Shown here in pieces: positions 16,959-26,228 of a DNA stretch of 28,337 nucleotides. Made by a program: the position numbers and the translations under genes. Source of the stretch: a virus (taxonomy: Duplodnaviria > Caudoviricetes). Position 1 is the first letter of the stretch, and each line of letters begins with the position of its first letter. Location of the stretch: the IMG/VR virus record IMGVR_UViG_3300025375_000016, positions 1 to 28,337 of that record; one strand, given 5' to 3'. Below the pieces are notes generated by a model. That model did no database searches. It saw only the letters and a list, made by a program, of their open reading frames with translations, and was not told where the DNA came from.

Positions 16959-18057
16959 GACACTTCTCAGCAATGCAAAACCTAAACTTATCATTTCTCA
17001 AAATGTCATTGATGAAATCAAGTATCTTAATAGTCAAAATGAAAATAATGAGTGGAGTGGTGTACTATGGTATACTATTGAAGGTGATGTAAATGATGTT
17101 TCAACTCTTGTATGTACTGCAAAAGCCATACATCTAATGGATATTGGTACATCAGGTTTTACAAAATTCAAATATGATAGTAGTGTAATGGCTTTTCTTG
17201 ATAGTAAAATCGAAGAGCTTGGACTTGATGAGATGGAGACATGGGAAAACTGGAAACATGGACATTGTCATAGTCATCATAACATGTCTCCCACACCTTC
17301 ACCTACGGATGGTGAAGAAATAGAAGATAATATCAAAAATCATCCTGCATATTTAACATTGATAACAAACAACTCCTTGAAGATGACAGCTATATTAAGT
17401 ACTTTTACTAGTATTCAAGTTGTCACCCTTACAAAGAGTACCGACTTCAAAGGTCAACCTTATGAAAAGCGTTATATAGAAAGCTTTGATGAAGGTTTAG
17501 TAAAACATGAAGTAGATATCGAATTTGAGAAAGTTATTGTCAATGATAGTTTTAAAAATAGATGTGCTGATCTTATAGAAAAGAAGAAAGATCCTCTACC
17601 AAATATAGCTGTCTACAAAAATGGTATCTATAGTGGTATCTACAGCAACCATCATAATACTGAGAGGTCTTTCAAAGATGTTTTAGCTTCTGTAGCTACT
17701 ACAGCTAAAAAACCTGACGCCTTTTCCCTTTTGGTGGCCCTTCTAACTTCTACAGAATCTACAAACATAAAGATTAATAAGTCTACAAATATAAAGATTA
17801 ATAAGCATTCACTTGCTGATATTCTCATTTATATGAACAAGAAGAAAGATCTTGACAGTTATATCAAGACTATAAAAGCAAACTTCTTGAATAAAGATTA
17901 TGATGATGTAGAAGCTATTGAGTTGCTCAAAATGTTCATCAAACTTCTTCAGCCTTTACCAGTATCAAAACTAAGAACAAGATTCATAAACTTGTTTGGA
18001 ACAATAGCAGAAGGTATTGAGAAAAATATTGCAAATGATATAGTAAACATACATTAA
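16924..18057 (+). CDS. JAB/MPN+ (JAMM) metalloprotease domain protein
   Basis: E43 (NEWSG) and H116-S-H118-x7-S126-x2-D129: intact JAMM motif. Confidence 0.88.
   Translation: MSTDVKKRPLYKTLLSNAKPKLIISQNVIDEIKYLNSQNENNEWSGVLWYTIEGDVNDVSTLVCTAKAIHLMDIGTSGFTKFKYDSSVMAFLDSKIEELGLDEMETWENWKHGHCHSHHNMSPTPSPTDGEEIEDNIKNHPAYLTLITNNSLKMTAILSTFTSIQVVTLTKSTDFKGQPYEKRYIESFDEGLVKHEVDIEFEKVIVNDSFKNRCADLIEKKKDPLPNIAVYKNGIYSGIYSNHHNTERSFKDVLASVATTAKKPDAFSLLVALLTSTESTNIKINKSTNIKINKHSLADILIYMNKKKDLDSYIKTIKANFLNKDYDDVEAIELLKMFIKLLQPLPVSKLRTRFINLFGTIAEGIEKNIANDIVNIH
17758..17805 (+). repeat. 24-nt tandem duplication (STNIKINK twice)
   Basis: TCTACAAACATAAAGATTAATAAG / TCTACAAATATAAAGATTAATAAG, one mismatch. 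Confidence 0.9.
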
Positions 18058-18059
18058 TT

Positions 18060-18905
18060 ATGAGAGAAACAACAGATCGTTTTTCAGGTGCTACATGGTT
18101 TAACAGAGCACTACAAACACAAGTTCTTATAGGAGGTGCAGGCGGCATATCATCATGGTTAACATTAGCAACAGCGAGAGCAGGTGTTAAAACTATCGTA
18201 TACGATGATGATGTTGTAGAAGCTCATAATCTTGCAGGACAGTTTTACACTGCAAAAAATATAGGAGAGTATAAAGTAGAAGCTTTGCGTAGTAATGTAG
18301 AACCCTTCGTAAACGAAGGATTTGTCAAAACCAGAGCGTCTCGATATGTTTCAAATACATCATTAACAACTCAGATAATGATGTGTGGATTTGATAACAT
18401 GGAGGCAAGAAAAATCTTCTTTGAGAAATGGTTCTACAATAAAAGAGGTAATAATGGCTTATTTATTGACGGAAGGTTAACAGCAGAACAGTTACAGATA
18501 TTTTGCATATGTAGTAATAAAGTTGCTGATGCTGTTAAATATCGTGAGAAGCATTTGTTTGATGATAGTCAGGTTTAAGAACTAACATGTACATTCAAGC
18601 AGACTAGTCATATGGCAATGATGATAGCTGCTCTCATGACAGGTTTTCTAACAAATCACTTGTCAAATGTTGTGTTAAATGAAGGTTCTAAAGATGAAGA
18701 ATGGATAGACTATATGGAAGTACCTTTTTACTATGAATACATACTTCCTATAAATAGAACAACTGTAATAGCTGCTGAGTATATAGAACCTCCTATAGTC
18801 ATACCTTCATCAACACCTGTAGTTGTTGAAGTAGATTCAAATTCTATGACAGATATGATATTTGAAATTCCTTCTATAACATCAATGGAAAATTGTAACA
18901 CATAA
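18060..18905 (+). CDS. ThiF/MoeB/E1-like adenylyltransferase with an in-frame TAA at 18576-18578 (nonsense allele or sequence error)
   Basis: GGAGGIS nucleotide loop, YDDDVVEAHNLAGQ, K, DN...R, DGR; ORFs 18060-18578 and 18612-18905 share a frame, joined by *ELTCTFKQTSH. Confidence 0.85.
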
Positions 18906-19513
18906 TGCTTTACAGAAATGATTATCATAATAACTTAGAAGACAACAAGTTAGAAGTTGTCAAATATAAGGATTCATTTATAGTAAGTGAGTTAAGTACT
19001 TATTTACCATTATTCTCACTATATAATAATAAACCGTTAAAGAACGGTCGTTTTATATCGTGGTTACAACTTCCTAAATCTATGATTGATGTTAAAGTTA
19101 AAAACATCAATCTTTTATATGCTTTAATGAACTTATCATCTTCTCAAAATTTACACATAGTTCGTACAAGAGCACGCGATTATAAAGTTTACGTTATACA
19201 TCATCACAGTTTGTTTGTAATAGAGAATAGTTGCGAAATGAATATGATTAAGCCAAGATTATTGATGACTCTTGCTACATACAATAAAGATGCTACTGAA
19301 GATTCTGATTTCGTACTATTAGTAAAGAAAGACCTTTCAAACCAACCTTTCTTTATAAGTAAGTTATTAAAGAAGTATGAGAAAGATTATCCTGTGATAA
19401 AAGTTAAGAATATAGATGCTTTAATATATGCAAACATGCATGACATACCTTTAGATGTTGACTGTTTAAGCGTACTGAAGAAGATTTTACAAACCGAAGA
19501 ACCTATAACATGA
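18905..19513 (+). CDS. Hypothetical protein translationally coupled to the E1-like gene
   Basis: 202-aa ORF, TAATG overlap. Confidence 0.7.
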   Translation: MLYRNDYHNNLEDNKLEVVKYKDSFIVSELSTYLPLFSLYNNKPLKNGRFISWLQLPKSMIDVKVKNINLLYALMNLSSSQNLHIVRTRARDYKVYVIHHHSLFVIENSCEMNMIKPRLLMTLATYNKDATEDSDFVLLVKKDLSNQPFFISKLLKKYEKDYPVIKVKNIDALIYANMHDIPLDVDCLSVLKKILQTEEPIT

Positions 19514-19971
19514 GTAGTGCAAGTAGAGCGAAAGGGCATCTTGCGGAAAGAGAGTTGGCAAAGTTTTTTAGAAGATGGCATCCTTACTGTAGAACAACAA
19601 GAGAGGTTAGTAGATTACTTGATAGTTGTGGTATTGACCTTTATGGTATACCAATCCTTGTGCAAAGCAAAGCTATCAAAGGTCAACTAGCCTATTCTAG
19701 CGTACTAAAATATACTGAAGATAAAGTTAAAGAACTGCTCCCTCCAGATGCACCAGAACACAACAAGCCTGTAATTATAGTACATAAGAAGACTGTAGGG
19801 CCAGGTAATAAAAGAACTCACAATGATACCTTAGTGGTAATGTCATTAAAAACTTTTGAACATTTTTACGTTAAAACATATGATTTACAGGAGCACACAG
19901 GAGGAGATTCAGCAATATATGGACAGTCCAGCACTGAACCAGAGCACGTTGAAATCGTTCCTACTACCTGA
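19510..19971 (+). CDS. PD-(D/E)XK Holliday junction resolvase-like endonuclease
   Basis: S.AKG..AERELA...LD..GIDL......VQSK pattern. Confidence 0.75.
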   Translation: MSSASRAKGHLAERELAKFFRRWHPYCRTTREVSRLLDSCGIDLYGIPILVQSKAIKGQLAYSSVLKYTEDKVKELLPPDAPEHNKPVIIVHKKTVGPGNKRTHNDTLVVMSLKTFEHFYVKTYDLQEHTGGDSAIYGQSSTEPEHVEIVPTT

Positions 19972-20935
19972 CGACCAGAGAGAACATAAGATTGAAAAGG
20001 GTGAAGATAAGATATTCAGAGAAGACCCTATATACTTCACTATTGGTGGAGCAGTTGATATACTACTTACAGGTTTTGAAGGTGACTTTGAAAAAACTTA
20101 TCATATAAGCACTCTCACAAAAAGACCTTCTGATGCAATCATTAATATTATTAATACCGCAATCGAAGGTGTTGCTGAAGTTACCGACTCTCTTGATTCT
20201 TATAGAGAAGAGATTTTACAAGCATGTTTATTAAACAACTACCAGCCTAACTGGAAAGATGAGACAAAGATCAACAAAACTATTGAATTAGGTGCAGACT
20301 ACTTTGAAGAGTTAAAATTATCTTATGGTAAGAAGATGTTGTCGTCTGATGATGTACAGATTATAGAAGCTATAGTTGATGGTATAAAAAACAAGTACAT
20401 ACACTTCTTTAATCCAAACAGTAACGATGCAGATATTGGTGTTTATTTTCAGAAGCCGCTATATTTTGATTATCTTAATATTGCTTGTAAAGCTCTTCCT
20501 GATATGATTGTAGTAAGAAATAATCCTAACAATCAATCAACCATTACAGTATACGACTTCAAAACAACAAGCGATTACCTAAGTAACTTCTATAAGACTG
20601 CAATGGTCTATAGATATGATATTCAACATGCTTGGTACAAAATAGCAGTACAGTCTTCACCATTGTTTGCAAGATGTTGTGATTATAGAGCAAGATTTAT
20701 TGTAGCATCTAAACTTTATGCTCCACAAGTAACAGAATCATTCACATGTAGTAATGAATTTCTTGATAGAGCTGTTGAAGGCGCTGATGTAAGTTATCCT
20801 ATTCAAGCAACAACAGACGGTAACTTTGTGAGAACATTACCAAAGTTACCATTCTTAGGTATTAAACAATTAATAGTTAGATATAAGAATAAGATGACAG
20901 ATATTCCAAATCATATTTCTACAGAACTATTATGA
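19880..20935 (+). CDS. PD-(D/E)XK exonuclease (RecE/ExoVIII/DUF3799-like)
   Basis: LNQSTLK, GGAVD, KALPD, YDFKTT, YDIQHAWY; start set at ATG 19880. Confidence 0.82.
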   Translation: MIYRSTQEEIQQYMDSPALNQSTLKSFLLPDDQREHKIEKGEDKIFREDPIYFTIGGAVDILLTGFEGDFEKTYHISTLTKRPSDAIINIINTAIEGVAEVTDSLDSYREEILQACLLNNYQPNWKDETKINKTIELGADYFEELKLSYGKKMLSSDDVQIIEAIVDGIKNKYIHFFNPNSNDADIGVYFQKPLYFDYLNIACKALPDMIVVRNNPNNQSTITVYDFKTTSDYLSNFYKTAMVYRYDIQHAWYKIAVQSSPLFARCCDYRARFIVASKLYAPQVTESFTCSNEFLDRAVEGADVSYPIQATTDGNFVRTLPKLPFLGIKQLIVRYKNKMTDIPNHISTELL

Positions 20936-21546
20936 TCTATGGTAATAACAAACTTGCTATCAAAAAAGGAAGCTTTTATAAGAATAGATCACACAAGTTT
21001 GTTTTACCAATTCTCATAAGAAGTTATGGTAAGTCTATGACATCACTATATAATATTATGTGTAAGGCAGCAGTAGGAGTTAACGACCAAACTGCTGCCA
21101 ACCTTGGTGTTACATACTATAGACACCTATTTATTCTTGTAGATGTTAAAGCAACAAAAATGAAGATCGCACAAATTCAATTATATAAAGACTTCGCTAG
21201 CTTTATGAAGACTGTCAGATCACATGAAGCATATGAGTACGATTACTGTTATGAACAAGATATGCAGATGATAATTCTTAAACTACCAGAAAAATATAGT
21301 GAAACAGTAGAAGAGTTTCTAAAAGGTAGTTATTCAAAAATGCTATCAGAAGAAGAAGTAGAACATATCTTTACTAGAGATAAAGATGCTCATACAAAAT
21401 CTGTACTTAAAAAAGATGTAAGTATGAAGCCTCAGTTTACAGAAGAAGTGAAGAGAAATTTTTTTATGGATGATAGTCCACAAGTTGATTGGTATGAATT
21501 TGACTTTCCACCAGAATATAAAGAGGAGGTATTTAATAGCAAATGA
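20932..21546 (+). CDS. Hypothetical phage protein
   Basis: 204-aa ORF with ATGA overlaps at both ends. Confidence 0.75.
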   Translation: MIYGNNKLAIKKGSFYKNRSHKFVLPILIRSYGKSMTSLYNIMCKAAVGVNDQTAANLGVTYYRHLFILVDVKATKMKIAQIQLYKDFASFMKTVRSHEAYEYDYCYEQDMQMIILKLPEKYSETVEEFLKGSYSKMLSEEEVEHIFTRDKDAHTKSVLKKDVSMKPQFTEEVKRNFFMDDSPQVDWYEFDFPPEYKEEVFNSK

Positions 21547-22112
21547 TAATAGGCATTCTAGGGAAGAAAGGTAGTGGTAAAGACACAGTAGCGGATATTA
21601 TAATAGAGTTGTTACCTCAATATAAGAAGAAAGCATTTGCTGATAACCTCAAAAAAGTATGTTCTATAATAACAAACATACCTCTTGAGAATTGGTACAA
21701 TCAAGATTTAAAGGATTTTATACTTCCTAATTTCTGGCCTGATAAAAAAGGTCAGTTGTATACATACAGAACATTAATGCAGACTATAGGTACTGAAGCT
21801 ATAAGAGATGTTGTGAATGACGATATTTGGATAGATGGTGTGTTGGATAAATATCGTCAGCTTCGTAACACTAATGAAAGATATGATTTATTAATATCTG
21901 ACGTTAGGTATGAAAAAGAATATGTTAAGATAATAGAATTAGATGGTATAATCATTAAAGTTGTTAGAGAATCTATAAAAAGTGATGATCAACATTCTTC
22001 TGAGAAACAAGTAGATGAAATAGTAGGTGACTATACGATATATAATAATAGTACTATTGAAAACTTGAAAATACAAATTAACACTATTTTAAACATGAAA
22101 GATTTAATATGA
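21543..22112 (+). CDS. Deoxynucleoside monophosphate kinase
   Basis: GKKGSGKDT, AFAD.LK, R..MQ.IGTE..R, DVRY..E, HSSE. Confidence 0.92.
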   Translation: MIIGILGKKGSGKDTVADIIIELLPQYKKKAFADNLKKVCSIITNIPLENWYNQDLKDFILPNFWPDKKGQLYTYRTLMQTIGTEAIRDVVNDDIWIDGVLDKYRQLRNTNERYDLLISDVRYEKEYVKIIELDGIIIKVVRESIKSDDQHSSEKQVDEIVGDYTIYNNSTIENLKIQINTILNMKDLI

Positions 22113-22246
22113 TAGATAAAATATTTTATTCACTTGGTAACATGATAATGTCATTAAATCTTGGTATAGGTAAACGTAACTGTCCTAGACCTGCAAAGAC
22201 TCTTTTATCAATCTTCAACTTGTTACGTATAATGCCTAAAAAATGA
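22109..22246 (+). CDS. Small basic protein, 45 aa (not in ORF track)
   Basis: MIDKIFYSLGNMIMSLNLGIGKRNCPRPAKTLLSIFNLLRIMPKK; ATGA overlaps at both ends. Confidence 0.6.
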   Translation: MIDKIFYSLGNMIMSLNLGIGKRNCPRPAKTLLSIFNLLRIMPKK

Positions 22247-23187
22247 AACTTATCAAACCATTATTCTCTATATGGGAATCACAAAGCTCTCTCAAAGACA
22301 TTGAGAGAGCTGCTAGAGTATGTTATCAATCACAAGATAAAATATCAAAAGACGATAGTTCAGCTAAAATATTAGTGGCTAATCTTATCAAAAGAGAGCA
22401 TTATGCTATGTTGGAGTTTGGTAAGAACATAGTATTAGAAGTGCACAGACAAGTTCTCAACGACTTATGGAACTTTAGCAATGAGCCGTTCTTCAAACAC
22501 TTTAACGTAACATTCAAAGATCGACATAAAGCATGGTTGTCAATGAACCCAAGAACTGCTATTGAGTTTTTGAAATGTTATATAAGAAGAACATCTATAA
22601 ACAGTAATGAAATATTGAAATTGTTTTGTTCAGTATATACAGAGTTACCGCACGAGTTAACATTTGGCATTAATAGCCCGATGTGTTTATATGAAGAAAA
22701 TGTATATGCTTTACCTGAAGGTGCTGTACCAGAGTTTATATATGAAGATAGGTTAATACATGATTTTGTTACTGTAGACTTTTTTTGTGACAGAGCTATT
22801 AGTCATGAACTTGTAAGGCATAGACATTGTAGTTTTGCTCAAAAGTCAACACGCTACTGTGATGAAAAGGATGATATTGAATTTATAGAACCTTGTTGGA
22901 TTCCTCAATATTTTCAAAATTTACAAGATGCTAACACTTTTGCAAACTTTAAAGGAATGTTAGAAAGAATAGAAAGAGCTTATAAGACATATAGGATGTC
23001 TGGTTGGAAACCTGAACAAGCAAGAGCTATACTACCTAACATTTTAACAACTGAAATAGTAGTTAAAGCATCATTACAAGAATGGAAACATATATTTGAA
23101 TTAAGATGTGATAAAGCAGCTCATCCTCAAATGCGTGAGCTTATGATACCGTTACAAGAAGAATTTAAGAAACAAGGTTATATATGA
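22243..23187 (+). CDS. thyX: Flavin-dependent thymidylate synthase
   Basis: ARVCY.S, H..MLEF, SHELVRHRHCSFAQKSTRY (RHR-x7-S), EQAR.ILP, LR....AHPQ.R. Confidence 0.95.
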   Translation: MKLIKPLFSIWESQSSLKDIERAARVCYQSQDKISKDDSSAKILVANLIKREHYAMLEFGKNIVLEVHRQVLNDLWNFSNEPFFKHFNVTFKDRHKAWLSMNPRTAIEFLKCYIRRTSINSNEILKLFCSVYTELPHELTFGINSPMCLYEENVYALPEGAVPEFIYEDRLIHDFVTVDFFCDRAISHELVRHRHCSFAQKSTRYCDEKDDIEFIEPCWIPQYFQNLQDANTFANFKGMLERIERAYKTYRMSGWKPEQARAILPNILTTEIVVKASLQEWKHIFELRCDKAAHPQMRELMIPLQEEFKKQGYI

Positions 23188-23492
23188 ATACTGTAGTTAC
23201 AACAACCATAACTGAGACTTGTGATGTAGGTCATAAGTTTCTAAGGTTTTCAGATCATCCTATATATAAAAACAAACTAATATGTCCTTATTGTGCAGCT
23301 ATTGGTTTAAAACATAGAGATGAAGAAGCAGAACATTTAGAAAAACTTAACGATTTTTTAATTAAACGAGCAGAACATCATCGTTGGAATATTGAAGAAG
23401 ATGCTGATGGGCTATTGATATGTAAAAATGAACATGATAAAGGTCAACCTTGTAAATATGAAAAATATGTTAAATTGTCAGACACTTATTAA
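23184..23492 (+). CDS. Hypothetical protein with Cys/His clusters
   Basis: C..GH...CPYC and C..EH....C. Confidence 0.7.
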   Translation: MNTVVTTTITETCDVGHKFLRFSDHPIYKNKLICPYCAAIGLKHRDEEAEHLEKLNDFLIKRAEHHRWNIEEDADGLLICKNEHDKGQPCKYEKYVKLSDTY

Positions 23493-23503
23493 ATAAAGAA
23501 CTT

Positions 23504-25795
23504 ATGAAACAAGCAATACAAAAGTTACTTGGAGAACGATATTACTTACCTTATGAAAATGAATGGAATCATATAGCAGATCGTGTGTCTGTTATATATC
23601 CACCAATAAAGGAAAGTATAAGGCGGAAGGAATTTATTCCATCTTCTCCTACACTCATGAATGCTAATACTGGAGGTTTACGTAAAGGTACATTATCTTC
23701 ATGCTTTATTATGGGTATTGAAGATAGTATAGATGAAATATTTGATTCACTTAAAGAAGCTGCTCTAGTAACCAAAGCAAGTGGTGGTGTAGGATATGTG
23801 TTTAGTAGGCTAAGAAGTACTGGTGAAAATATAAAAAGCTTAGGAAGGCCGTCTAGCGGGCCGATCCCTTTCATGCATATATTTGACTCAATGCTTGACG
23901 GAATCCAACAGGGGGGCGTGAGAAGGGGTGCTGGCATGGCTCAGTTCGATGTTACTCATCCTCAGATTTTAGATGTTATAAAAGAAAAACATGGCAGAAA
24001 AGTACTTCAGAGATTAAACATAAGTGTTCGTTTAGGTGATGATTTTTATAAGCAATTAAAAGAACGTCCTTTTGATAACTTTTATGTTAAAGATTTATCA
24101 GGAGTATCTAAAGCTTTACGTAACAAAGATGGAGATATTCTTACTATTAAAAACGTATGGGATGAAATTATTGAGTATGCTTGGTTGAATGGAGACCCTG
24201 GAATCTTTAATAGTGATATAGCAACTAGACAATGTACTGTTGTTAGTATTGGTGCTTATGTAGCATCTAATCCTTGTGCAGAGTTTACAGGTATACCTTA
24301 TAGTAGCTGTAATCTAGGTTCTGTTAACATGGCTATGATACTAAAACAGATAAATGGTAAATGGATTATTGATTACAAAAAACTTGATAGAACTGTAAGA
24401 ACTGCTACACGTTTTCTAAATGCTGTTATTGATGCTAATGATTTTCCGCTTGAAAAGATTAAAGAAGTAACACTTAACATTAGACCTATAGGACTTGGTG
24501 TTATGGGTTTAGCACATTTGTTTTATGTATTAGAGATTCCTTATAATTCACCTGAAGCTTTATTATTAGCTGAACAGTTGATGCATAGGATAACCACTAT
24601 AAGCATGGAAGAGTCTGTCAATATGTCTATAGAAACAGGGATATGTTATCCTGTATTTAATTATGATGAATATATGACAGCTAATAAGAGATTTTTTGAA
24701 CCTAAAGAATGGTGGACTACAGACGATCTTATAAGAATAAATAATCTTGTAGATAACATTTGTGAACATGGTATTATGAACTCCTGTAGCACTTCTATAG
24801 CACCTACAGGAACCATCTCATTTATATCAGGTACTGTTCTCGATCTTGAAAGTGGTACTTCTGGAGGTATTGAACCTGTATATAGTCTAGTTGGTTCAAG
24901 AAAGATTGAGAAGTTAGGTGGTGAATATGAGATTGTATATATAGTAGACCCTGTGTTTGAAAATTATCTATGGTATGAAACAAACTTTCATGCTATAGAA
25001 ATACCTATAATACTTGAAAAAGTATCAAAGAATAAAGGCTCATGTCAAGGGATAAACGAAATTCCTTTAGAATGGCAAAAGATATTTGTTACTGCACAAG
25101 ACCTTACACCAGATGAACATCTTGAAATGTTAGGTGTAATAGCTAGAAACACCTCTTTATCAGTATCTAAAACTATCAATCTTCCTAACAGTGCTACAAG
25201 AAAACAAATAAGTGATGTTTATCTAAGAGCTCATGAATTAGGAATCATAGGAGTTACGATCTATAGGGATTTCTGTAGAGATCAAATACTTACAGCAGGA
25301 GAAGAAACTATACCAGAAGAAGTAAAGTTGACAAGACCTCTTTCTTTAGATGCTGATTTTCATTCTACAACAATACATGGTCAAAAGTTTGCAATCGTAG
25401 TTGGTTTATATAACGGACAACCCTATGAAGTATTTGCATTAAAAATGACTATCAAGCATAAAGATAGAAAAGGTAAACTTGTAAAAGTATCAAAAACAAG
25501 ATATGATTTTATTGCTGATACACTTACTATAGAAAATATCAATGTAACTCAACCAGAAGAAAAAGCAATAACGCTTATGGCTTCTATGTCATTAAGACAC
25601 AGTGTACCTATTACAAGTGTTATAAAAACCATTACTAAAGCTAGTGATAATGTAACAGATTTTGCATCTGCTATTGTAAGAGTTCTTAAAAAATATATCA
25701 AAGAAGAATATCAAACATGTCCTGAATGTGGAAAGAAGTTAATCTTCATTGATGGATGTAAGCAGTGTAGTTGTGGCTATAATGCTTGCTCATAA
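23504..25795 (+). CDS. nrdJ: Class II (adenosylcobalamin-dependent) ribonucleotide reductase
   Basis: PSSPTLMNA, LSSC, NPCAE, CNLGS, APTGTIS, GIEP, SKTIN.P; C-terminal CPECG...GC..C.CG...C; no R2 subunit adjacent. Confidence 0.9.
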   Translation: MKQAIQKLLGERYYLPYENEWNHIADRVSVIYPPIKESIRRKEFIPSSPTLMNANTGGLRKGTLSSCFIMGIEDSIDEIFDSLKEAALVTKASGGVGYVFSRLRSTGENIKSLGRPSSGPIPFMHIFDSMLDGIQQGGVRRGAGMAQFDVTHPQILDVIKEKHGRKVLQRLNISVRLGDDFYKQLKERPFDNFYVKDLSGVSKALRNKDGDILTIKNVWDEIIEYAWLNGDPGIFNSDIATRQCTVVSIGAYVASNPCAEFTGIPYSSCNLGSVNMAMILKQINGKWIIDYKKLDRTVRTATRFLNAVIDANDFPLEKIKEVTLNIRPIGLGVMGLAHLFYVLEIPYNSPEALLLAEQLMHRITTISMEESVNMSIETGICYPVFNYDEYMTANKRFFEPKEWWTTDDLIRINNLVDNICEHGIMNSCSTSIAPTGTISFISGTVLDLESGTSGGIEPVYSLVGSRKIEKLGGEYEIVYIVDPVFENYLWYETNFHAIEIPIILEKVSKNKGSCQGINEIPLEWQKIFVTAQDLTPDEHLEMLGVIARNTSLSVSKTINLPNSATRKQISDVYLRAHELGIIGVTIYRDFCRDQILTAGEETIPEEVKLTRPLSLDADFHSTTIHGQKFAIVVGLYNGQPYEVFALKMTIKHKDRKGKLVKVSKTRYDFIADTLTIENINVTQPEEKAITLMASMSLRHSVPITSVIKTITKASDNVTDFASAIVRVLKKYIKEEYQTCPECGKKLIFIDGCKQCSCGYNACS

Positions 25796-25820
25796 ATTAA
25801 ATAATATAATAATACAACAA

Positions 25821-26228
25821 ATGACACCAGATCAATATTTACAAGCATCAGAAAGAACTGAAAATAAGTTTCCTAATGGTATACATTTATCAGCAGAACA
25901 GGCTGAAATACTTCACGGAACATTAGGTATAGTTACAGAAGCAGGTGAGATTGCAGATGTACTTAAGAAGCATCTTATTTATGGTAAAGTACTTGACAAA
26001 GTTAATCTTAAAGAAGAGCTTGGTGATATTACATGGTATGTAGCTCTATTGATAAGAAGATTGCAGACCAGCTTTGAGAAAGTTTTTGATGTCAATATAG
26101 AAAAGCTTTATGTAAGATATCCTGAGAAGTTTACTGAAGAATCAGCATTAATTAGAGATATTGCTAAAGAGAGAGCGTTGTTAGAAAGTCATGAAGAAAA
26201 ACTTAAACCAGATGTCAATGTTTACTAA
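25821..26228 (+). CDS. mazG: MazG-like NTP pyrophosphohydrolase
   Basis: G...EAGE..D..KK...YG......EELGD..WY, N..KL..RYP..F; start set at ATG 25821. Confidence 0.9.
   Translation: MTPDQYLQASERTENKFPNGIHLSAEQAEILHGTLGIVTEAGEIADVLKKHLIYGKVLDKVNLKEELGDITWYVALLIRRLQTSFEKVFDVNIEKLYVRYPEKFTEESALIRDIAKERALLESHEEKLKPDVNVY

Noticed and set aside
18576-18578. Genome-wide TAA reassignment as the explanation for the E1 stop
   Set aside because: TAA is the common true stop throughout the window and this is the only interrupted case
18060-18905. ThiF as an auxiliary thiamine/molybdopterin biosynthesis gene
   Set aside because: No thiS/thiG/moaD/moaE, rhodanese or desulfurase nearby; neighbours are JAB and E2-like genes
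5734-25795. Inteins in PolB, the helicases or NrdJ
   Set aside because: Protein lengths and motif spacing are normal; no intein-sized insertions or splice-junction blocks recognised
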